The translations under genes were made by a program, and so were the position numbers. Shown here piece by piece: positions 8,402 through 15,187 of a DNA stretch of 21,383 bases. The stretch comes from Candidatus Krumholzibacteriia bacterium (lineage in GTDB: Bacteria; Krumholzibacteriota; Krumholzibacteriia; WVZY01). How positions within the stretch are numbered: the first letter of the stretch is position 1; every line of letters starts with the position of its first letter. The notes beneath the pieces are model-generated. The model was not told the origin of the DNA and made no database searches. It saw only the letters and a program-made list of their open reading frames with translations. The stretch lies in contig JBHHVD010000056.1 in the NCBI GenBank assembly GCA_046754105.1, positions 1 to 21,383 on the forward strand, written 5' to 3'.

Positions 8402-10402
8402 GTGCAGAACTACCTGTGGCTGATACCTTTTGCTCCCCTGATCGGGGCAGCCGTAAACGGTGCCATTGCCCTGGCGTTCGCGAAACGTGAGGGGGGCCCG
8501 CGGGAAGGCCTGGTGTCCGCGATCGGTGTGCTCGCGCCCCTCGCGTCGTTCGTCGTCGCCGCCGCCCTGTTCCTTCATTTGCTGGGGCTCGATCCGGAGC
8601 AGCGAGTTGTAACACAGACGCTTTTTCCGTGGATCGTGGCCGGCAGCCTCCACGTAGACTTCGCGTTGATGATCGACGCGTTGTCGATCGTCATGGTGCT
8701 GGTCGTGACCGGCGTCGGCACGTTGATTCACGTCTACTCGGTCGGGTACATGGCCGGGGACCGCGGATTTGCGAGGTACTTCGCGTACCTCAACCTCTTC
8801 ATGTTCTCGATGCTGATGCTGGTGATGGGCAAGAACCTGCCGATGCTTTTCGTCGGTTGGGAGGGCGTCGGTCTGTGCTCGTACCTGCTCATCGGGTTCT
8901 GGTACAAGGATCTGTTGAATGCCGCGGCAGGCAAGAAGGCGTTCATCGTAAACCGGATCGGCGATTTCGGCTTTCTGATCGGGATGTTCGTCCTGTTCGT
9001 CGCGACGAGCCGCCAGGGCCATCCGACGCTCGATTTTCTCGGCCTGCGCGAAATGGTCAGCTCGCACCCGGAGGCGTTCGCCGCCACCGCGACGGCGGCG
9101 TGCATACTGCTTTTTGTAGGGGCCACCGGCAAGTCGGCGCAGATACCCCTGTACGTGTGGCTGCCGGACGCCATGGCGGGCCCGACGCCGGTCAGCGCCC
9201 TGATCCACGCGGCGACGATGGTGACGGCGGGTGTGTACATGGTGGCGCGGATGTCGTTTCTCTATCTGGAAAGCCCCGTGGCCATGACCGTGGTCGCCAC
9301 GGTGGGCGCCCTGACGGCGCTCTTTGCCGCGACCATCGGCATCTGCCAGCGCGACATCAAGAAGGTGCTGGCGTACTCGACGGTAAGCCAGCTGGGGTAC
9401 ATGTTCGCCGCAGTGGGTGTGGGCGCGTTCAGCGCCGGCATCTTCCACCTGGTAACGCACGCGTTTTTCAAGGCCTGCCTATTCCTCGGGTCCGGGTCGG
9501 TGATCCACGCCATGAGCGGCGAGCAGGACATGTTCAAGATGGGATCGCTGGGGCGCAAGATGAAGGTCACCTCGGTGACCTTCGTGGTCGCCGGGCTGGC
9601 CATTGCGGGCATGCCGGGACTGTCCGGGTTCTTCTCCAAGGACGAAATACTGTGGAGCACTTTTACGGCCTCGATCGGCCCGGGATGGCTGTCCGGGTTC
9701 TTGTGGGCCGTGCTGTTCGTCGGCGCGGGGGTAACGGCGTTTTATATTTTTCGCGCGGTGTTCCTCACCTTCTACGGTGAAAAGCGATACTCGGCCGAGG
9801 CGGAGGCCCACGTGCACGAGTCGCCGCCGACCATGACGCTGCCGCTCGTGGTCCTGGCCCTGGGCTCCATCGCGGCTGGGTACGTGGGGATTCCCGCGGT
9901 GCTGGGCGGGGTCAATCATTTCCACCATTTTCTCGCGCCGGCGCTCGGACCGCTGGCCCGGCACGCCGCGGAGGGGCACGGGGTAGTGGGAAACGGGGAG
10001 GCCGCGCACGGCTCGCACGCCCTCGAAGTGGCGTTGATGGTCGCATCGGTGCTCGTTGGGCTCGTCGGGATCGGTGTGGCCCACCGTCTCTACATCAAGG
10101 CGCCCGCGGTGCCCGCGCGGCTCGGTGCCAGGCTGGCCGGGCTCTACCGGCTCGTATACAACAAGTACTTCGTCGACGAGGCGTACGAGAAGACGATCGT
10201 CAGCCCCGGCTATAAACTATCGAGCGGTTTTCTGTTCCGCGTCATCGATGTATGGGTGATCGACGGTGCCGTCAACGCGGTCGGCATTACCGCGCGCGTT
10301 GTCGGGTCGGCGGTGCGCCTGCTGCAAACCGGGCTGGTACGGACGTACGCGCTTTTTTTCTTGTTTGGTATCTTGTATCTCGTTTTCAAGCTGGCGCGCT
10401 GA
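8402..10402 (+). CDS. nuoL: NADH-quinone oxidoreductase subunit L
   Basis: GWEGVGLCSYLLIGFW, GKSAQIPLYVWLPDAMAGPTPVSALIHAATMV, THAFFKA and GFFSKD motifs; C-terminal lateral-helix region present; 666 aa. Confidence 0.97.
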   Translation: MQNYLWLIPFAPLIGAAVNGAIALAFAKREGGPREGLVSAIGVLAPLASFVVAAALFLHLLGLDPEQRVVTQTLFPWIVAGSLHVDFALMIDALSIVMVLVVTGVGTLIHVYSVGYMAGDRGFARYFAYLNLFMFSMLMLVMGKNLPMLFVGWEGVGLCSYLLIGFWYKDLLNAAAGKKAFIVNRIGDFGFLIGMFVLFVATSRQGHPTLDFLGLREMVSSHPEAFAATATAACILLFVGATGKSAQIPLYVWLPDAMAGPTPVSALIHAATMVTAGVYMVARMSFLYLESPVAMTVVATVGALTALFAATIGICQRDIKKVLAYSTVSQLGYMFAAVGVGAFSAGIFHLVTHAFFKACLFLGSGSVIHAMSGEQDMFKMGSLGRKMKVTSVTFVVAGLAIAGMPGLSGFFSKDEILWSTFTASIGPGWLSGFLWAVLFVGAGVTAFYIFRAVFLTFYGEKRYSAEAEAHVHESPPTMTLPLVVLALGSIAAGYVGIPAVLGGVNHFHHFLAPALGPLARHAAEGHGVVGNGEAAHGSHALEVALMVASVLVGLVGIGVAHRLYIKAPAVPARLGARLAGLYRLVYNKYFVDEAYEKTIVSPGYKLSSGFLFRVIDVWVIDGAVNAVGITARVVGSAVRLLQTGLVRTYALFFLFGILYLVFKLAR

Positions 10403-10461
10403 TGTGCCGTGACGGCGGTAGTCGTCCGGCGTCCCACGTGGGCGTCGCGTAAGGAAAAACA

Positions 10462-12069
10462 GTGGACCTGATCAGTCTCGTCACATTTCTGCCGGCATTC
10501 GGCGCGGTCGCCCTGCTCGCCTTCCCGAGAGCGGGTCACGGCGTCATACGGGCGGTTTCGTTCTTTTTGTCGCTGATCGTGTTCTTCCTGTCGCTCAAGC
10601 TCGTCACGCTGTTTCAGCCGCACGCGGACATGCAGTTCGTAAGACACCTCTCCTGGATCCCGTCGCTCGGCGTTTCGTACAAGGTGGGTGTGGACGGGTT
10701 GAGCGTGTTCTTGGTGCTTCTCGTCACTTTTACGATGCCGATTGTGGTGCTGAGCACGTTCAGGGCCATCGGTGACCGCGTGAAAGAATTTCACATCTGC
10801 ATGCTTCTGCTCGAAACGGCGATGATCGGAGCGTTCGTTTCGCTGGACGTGTTCTTGTTCTACGTGTTCTGGGAGTTGATGCTCATTCCCATGTACTTCC
10901 TCATCGGTGTGTGGGGCGGCGAGAACAAGGTCTACGCGACGGTAAAATTCTTCATCTACACGATGCTCGGATCCTTGTTGATGCTGGTCGCGATCCTGGT
11001 CCTGGTGTACACGTACAAGCAGCAGAGCGGTGTTCTCACCTTCGAGCTCTCCAGGCTCTACGCCGTGCAACTCGACCCGGGCACCCAGTGGCTGCTTTTC
11101 CTCGCATTTGCGTTGTCCTTCGCCATCAAGGTGCCGATGTTTCCGTTCCATACCTGGCTGCCGGACGCGCACGTGGAGGCGCCGACGGCGGGGAGCGTCA
11201 TTCTGGCGGGCGTGCTGCTGAAAATGGGCGGCTACGGGTTTCTCCGCTTCGCCATGCCGCTTTTCCCCGAGGCGGCTCTGAGAGCGGGGCCCTACATCAT
11301 AGTGCTGGCCATCATTGGTATTATCTACGGGGCGCTGGTGGCGATGGTGCAAAAGGATGTCAAAAAGCTCGTCGCCTACTCGTCGGTGTCGCACCTCGGT
11401 TTCGTCATGCTGGGCCTGTTCGCGCTCAACACCGAGGCGGTCCAGGGCGCGATCTACCAGATGCTCAATCACGGGCTATCCACCGGAGCCTTGTTTCTCC
11501 TCGTCGGCGTTATCTACGAGCGGAGGCACACACGGCTGATCAACGAGTTCGGGGGGCTCACGCGGGTCATGCCCGTGTATGCGGTCATCTTCATGATCGT
11601 GACCCTTTCCTCCATCGGCCTGCCGCTGACCAACGGGTTCGTCGGCGAGTTCCTCATTTTGCTCGGTGCGTTCAAGGCCAAGGTCCTCTACGGCGTGCTG
11701 GCGGCGAGTGGGGTCGTGCTGGGCGCGATCTACATGTTGTGGATGCTGCAAAGGATGTTCTTTGGTCGGATAAAGCACGCGGCCAACGAAGCGCTGGAGG
11801 ACCTGTCCCTGAGGGAGGTCGCGGTCTTCGTGCCGCTCGTCGCCTTGATCCTCTTTATGGGTGTGTATCCCAATCCGTTTCTCAGCCGCATGGAGCCGTC
11901 GGTCAACAAGTTCATCAACGAGGTGCGAAGCGAAGGAGCCGCGGCCCGCTCGGGCTCGGTGGAGTTCGACGAAGCGGTGGCGTTTGGCGAGGCGGTGACG
12001 AGCGACGAGGCAGTGACGAGAGACCCTGCGCGCGACGCTCGGGAGCCGAAAGAGGGGGATGACAGGTGA
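10462..12069 (+). CDS. nuoM: NADH-quinone oxidoreductase subunit M
   Basis: FYVFWELMLIPMY, FAIKVPMFPFHTWLPDAHVEAPT, LLKMGGYG and GFVGEF motifs; AAGGA RBS before the GTG; 535 aa including an acidic tail. Confidence 0.97.
   Translation: MDLISLVTFLPAFGAVALLAFPRAGHGVIRAVSFFLSLIVFFLSLKLVTLFQPHADMQFVRHLSWIPSLGVSYKVGVDGLSVFLVLLVTFTMPIVVLSTFRAIGDRVKEFHICMLLLETAMIGAFVSLDVFLFYVFWELMLIPMYFLIGVWGGENKVYATVKFFIYTMLGSLLMLVAILVLVYTYKQQSGVLTFELSRLYAVQLDPGTQWLLFLAFALSFAIKVPMFPFHTWLPDAHVEAPTAGSVILAGVLLKMGGYGFLRFAMPLFPEAALRAGPYIIVLAIIGIIYGALVAMVQKDVKKLVAYSSVSHLGFVMLGLFALNTEAVQGAIYQMLNHGLSTGALFLLVGVIYERRHTRLINEFGGLTRVMPVYAVIFMIVTLSSIGLPLTNGFVGEFLILLGAFKAKVLYGVLAASGVVLGAIYMLWMLQRMFFGRIKHAANEALEDLSLREVAVFVPLVALILFMGVYPNPFLSRMEPSVNKFINEVRSEGAAARSGSVEFDEAVAFGEAVTSDEAVTRDPARDAREPKEGDDR
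11965..12018 (+). repeat. Three degenerate 18-bp tandem repeats in the nuoM 3' end (encoding xDEAV[A/T])
   Basis: TTCGACGAAGCGGTGGCG / TTTGGCGAGGCGGTGACG / AGCGACGAGGCAGTGACG, translating to FDEAVA-FGEAVT-SDEAVT. Confidence 0.75.
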
Positions 12070-13565
12070 ACGCGCCGACGTTTGACGCCGGTATCTTCTG
12101 GCAGTTATCGCCGATGCTGGTCCTGTTGACCGGCGGGCTCGTGTTCATGTTGGCCGGAGCGCTCACGCAAACGGCGGGGCGGATACAGCGCGGGCTTGCC
12201 GTCTCCTTTCTCGCGCTCGTCATCGGCCTGGTCGTCCGCTTATGGGACTCCGGCGGTACGCCCATTCTCCACGGCATGCTGATCGTCGACCGCTTCGCGC
12301 TCTTCTTTACCGGTGTGGTGGCGATTTGTGCGATGGGAACCGTACTCATTTCTTTCCACTATCTGGACCGCTTCGGACTGAACCGCGGTGAATTCTTTTC
12401 GATGCTGCTCTTTTCGACCATGGGGATGGCCGTGCTCGTATCGGCCTACGATTTGATATCGGTGTTTCTCGGTATCGAGCTGATGAGCCTCTCCATATAC
12501 GTTCTGGTGGCGTTCCGGAGACGCGATTTCCTTTCCAACGAGGCGGCGTTCAAGTACTTCGTTATCGGCGCCTTCGCCATCGGTTTCTTTCTCTATGGCG
12601 TTTCGATTCTGTACGGCGTTTGCGGGACCACGAATTTTGGCGGTATCGCGGGTGCAATCGCCGAGCGAGGGCTCGCCCGCGAACCCTATTTCCTTCTCGC
12701 CGTGGCACTGATACTGGCCGGACTGGGCTTCAAGGTGTCATCGGTGCCGTTCCACATGTGGACGCCCGACGTCTACCAGGGGGCGCCGACGCCGATCACC
12801 TCGTTCATGGCGACCGCGGTCAAGGCGGCGTCTTTTGCGGCCTTCCTGAGGCTCTTCCACGTGTGCTTTATGGAAAGCCAGGGACAGTGGGCGAGTCTGG
12901 TGTCGGTGCTCGCCGTCCTGACCATGACGGTCGGCAACGTGGTGGCGCTCGTCCAGCGCAACCTCAAGCGTATGATGGCCTATTCGAGTATCGCCCACGC
13001 CGGCTATATCCTGATCGGCATCGCCGCACTCAGCGTCGACAACGCGAGGGCGGCTTCCGCGATCATGTACTACGTGCTGGTGTACGCTTTCATGACCCTC
13101 GGGGCGTTCGCCCTCATCGCCGCGATCGAAAAGCGCGACATGACCCGCGGGCTGGAAGAGCCGGATTACGCCGGACTGGGTCTGCAGAGGCCTTTTCTCG
13201 GTCTGTGCATGGCGGGATTCATGTTTGCGCTGGCCGGAATACCGCCGACGGCGGGCTTTTTCGGCAAGTACTACCTGTTCAGCGCCGCGGTCGAGGAGGG
13301 GATGACCGGCCTTGCGATCATCGGCGTATTGAACAGCGCACTGTCGTTGTACTATTACCTGCGAGTCATTGTCACCATGTACATGCGAAAATCCGAAACG
13401 CCCCTGGCGATACACGCCGACGCGGCTGTTCGGTTGGTGATGCTCGTTGCGTTGATTGCTATACTGTGGCTCGGACTTGGACCCACCGGTCTCATCCCCG
13501 GGATCGAAGACATTCTCCACTGGACCCGCATCTCCGTCGCCGGTGTCGCCGGTCTGGCACCGTAG
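12066..13565 (+). CDS. nuoN: NADH-quinone oxidoreductase subunit N
   Basis: SNEAAFKYF, FKVSSVPFHMWTPDVYQGAPTP, KRMMAYSSIAHAGY and AGIPPTAGFFGK motifs; GTGA overlap with nuoM. Confidence 0.97.
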   Translation: MNAPTFDAGIFWQLSPMLVLLTGGLVFMLAGALTQTAGRIQRGLAVSFLALVIGLVVRLWDSGGTPILHGMLIVDRFALFFTGVVAICAMGTVLISFHYLDRFGLNRGEFFSMLLFSTMGMAVLVSAYDLISVFLGIELMSLSIYVLVAFRRRDFLSNEAAFKYFVIGAFAIGFFLYGVSILYGVCGTTNFGGIAGAIAERGLAREPYFLLAVALILAGLGFKVSSVPFHMWTPDVYQGAPTPITSFMATAVKAASFAAFLRLFHVCFMESQGQWASLVSVLAVLTMTVGNVVALVQRNLKRMMAYSSIAHAGYILIGIAALSVDNARAASAIMYYVLVYAFMTLGAFALIAAIEKRDMTRGLEEPDYAGLGLQRPFLGLCMAGFMFALAGIPPTAGFFGKYYLFSAAVEEGMTGLAIIGVLNSALSLYYYLRVIVTMYMRKSETPLAIHADAAVRLVMLVALIAILWLGLGPTGLIPGIEDILHWTRISVAGVAGLAP

Positions 13566-13758
13566 CCCGCGCCACCGGCCTGCTGCCCGAATAGTCCTGG
13601 CGGAATCCAGTGCGCACCATATATATTGGGGATACCTGACCTCACTTTTTCGCCACCGGGCGGAACGCAGTACCACCCCCACCGACTGTCTCGCAGCCCC
13701 CGCAACGACACCCGCCCGCGGCGCTTCGTGCCGTTGTTCCTCTACAAAGGGGGGAGTC

Positions 13759-14337
13759 ATGAAAGCCTTTCTGATATCAGTTTCTACCGCGCTCGTCTGC
13801 GTGTGCCTCGTCGCCACGACGGCCTCCGCGCAGGAGAGCCACATCCGCATTTTTGCCGACACGGACGGGACAGACTGCCGTCCGCAGGACCTGGTGCCCA
13901 ACGTTTTTCAGGTTCACGTCGTGCAGATCCGCGTCGCCGGCTCCCAGGCGGCGGAGTTCACCGTTACGACGGGTGGCGGTTTCGACGGCGTATTCCTCGG
14001 CGAGGTGCTCTCGAGGCAGGATGCCGTTCAGGTGGGAAACGCCGAGAGTGGTACCGCGATAGGCCTCGGGATCTGCCTGGCCGGGCCGGTACATTTCCTG
14101 ACGCTGAGATATTTCTGCGAGGGCAAGTCGGCCAGGTGCAGCTATTTCGAAGTGAGCGAATATGTCAGGGACAACTACCGGGGCCTGAATTACGTGGACT
14201 GTGACCTGAACATGGTCGCCGCAGCGGGCGGCCGGACCTACATAAACGGGGGACAAGACTGCCCCTGTGATATCCCGGGGTTCACAACACCGGTCGAGGA
14301 GTCCACCTGGGGTGGCGTAAAAGCCCTGTACCGGTAA
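13759..14337 (+). CDS. Secreted Cys-rich hypothetical protein with C-terminal TWGxxKALY-type motif
   Basis: Strong RBS (AAGGGGGGAG) before ATG 13759. Sec signal peptide MKAFLISVSTALVCVCLVATTASA/Q, seven Cys in the mature part, ends PVEESTWGGVKALYR; 192 aa. Confidence 0.85.
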   Translation: MKAFLISVSTALVCVCLVATTASAQESHIRIFADTDGTDCRPQDLVPNVFQVHVVQIRVAGSQAAEFTVTTGGGFDGVFLGEVLSRQDAVQVGNAESGTAIGLGICLAGPVHFLTLRYFCEGKSARCSYFEVSEYVRDNYRGLNYVDCDLNMVAAAGGRTYINGGQDCPCDIPGFTTPVEESTWGGVKALYR

Positions 14338-14402
14338 AGGGCGGGTCGCGCACTGAAGGCTGGGGTGGTGACCGAGCCCCCCCGACCGACCACCGGATGC
14401 CT

Positions 14403-14430
14403 TTGCCCGGCCCCGCGGCCGTGGTATCAT
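14403..14430 (+). promoter_or_regulatory. Putative sigma70 promoter for a leaderless lipoprotein mRNA
   Basis: TTGCCC (14403-14408), 16-nt spacer, extended -10 TGG-TATCAT (TATCAT at 14425-14430). The ATG is 6 nt downstream and there is no SD. Confidence 0.5.
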
Positions 14431-14436
14431 TGTGTC

Positions 14437-15165
14437 ATGCGGCGTGTCCCCCGGCTCTCGTTGTGGATCGTACTCGTTGCGGCTTTTCTGGCCGCATCGT
14501 CCGGGTGTGGCCGCGACCGTCCCGCACTGGTCACGCCGGCCGCTCCAGCAGGCGATTTCTACCCGCTGGCCGTCGGAAACCAGTGGCGCTACGCCCTGTC
14601 GCGCACGGTTCTGATCGTACTGAACGGCGACACGCTCGCGCCGACCGTTCAGCACTTGATCGAGGAACGCGAGCTGGTCGCGGTCGACACGACGTCGGGC
14701 GATACGTATTTCGTCGAGCACAGCCGGCTGTTCGACGCCGCGGGCACCGACACCCTTCATGACACGAGGTTTCTCAGGCAGGATGACACGGGGCTCTACG
14801 CAGCCGGTGGCGCGGGAGGAGAGGAATCCACGCTGCTCAGCTATCCCCTCGAGCCGGGTGCGCGCTGGATTGTAAACCCGCAGGGACCGCCCGTGACGCT
14901 GATCGTAGAGGGCGCGGATACGCTGGGCCTCGCTGGTGGTTTCGTCGGCGCGTATCGAATCCGGCGGGAATCGCTCAGCTTAAGCCCCGAGGATTCCTCG
15001 CACGTGTGGTACGGCTACTGCGGCCGCATCCGTTCGGCCGTGCACCGTGAAACCATGGCGATGGACGTCCTTACCGGAGATATCGCCCTCATCGTAACGG
15101 ACGACGCGACGGAACTCGCGGGGGTCAGCCTGGTGAGCCCGGGTCGGTGCCCGGTCTTTCCGTAG
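14437..15165 (+). CDS. Hypothetical lipoprotein (beta-rich)
   Basis: Basic n-region MRRVPR, hydrophobic h-region, lipobox-like A-S-S-G|C24, then a YPLAVGNQWRY segment typical of uncharacterised beta-rich lipoproteins; 242 aa. Confidence 0.75.
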   Translation: MRRVPRLSLWIVLVAAFLAASSGCGRDRPALVTPAAPAGDFYPLAVGNQWRYALSRTVLIVLNGDTLAPTVQHLIEERELVAVDTTSGDTYFVEHSRLFDAAGTDTLHDTRFLRQDDTGLYAAGGAGGEESTLLSYPLEPGARWIVNPQGPPVTLIVEGADTLGLAGGFVGAYRIRRESLSLSPEDSSHVWYGYCGRIRSAVHRETMAMDVLTGDIALIVTDDATELAGVSLVSPGRCPVFP

Positions 15166-15187
15166 CTGCGGGGCTCCCGGGGAGGTG

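Noticed and set aside
9915..10025. His-rich loop in NuoL (NHFHHF...HAAEGHG...AAHGSH)
   Set aside because: His-rich variable loops at this position are common in bacterial NuoL.
10403..10461. Small palindromes in the nuoL-nuoM gap (GCCGTGACGGC, CCCACGTGGG)
   Set aside because: Short GC-rich palindromes without workable loops or U-tracts; expected by chance.
13566..13758. Possible terminator, riboswitch or sigma54 site after nuoN
   Set aside because: No stem-loop with a U-tract, no recognisable aptamer, and the GG-to-GC spacing is 11 rather than 10.
14338..14400. GC-rich inverted segments (GGTGGT...ACCACC) after the secreted-protein gene
   Set aside because: Weak stem with a long loop and no U-tract; cannot be supported as a terminator or REP element.
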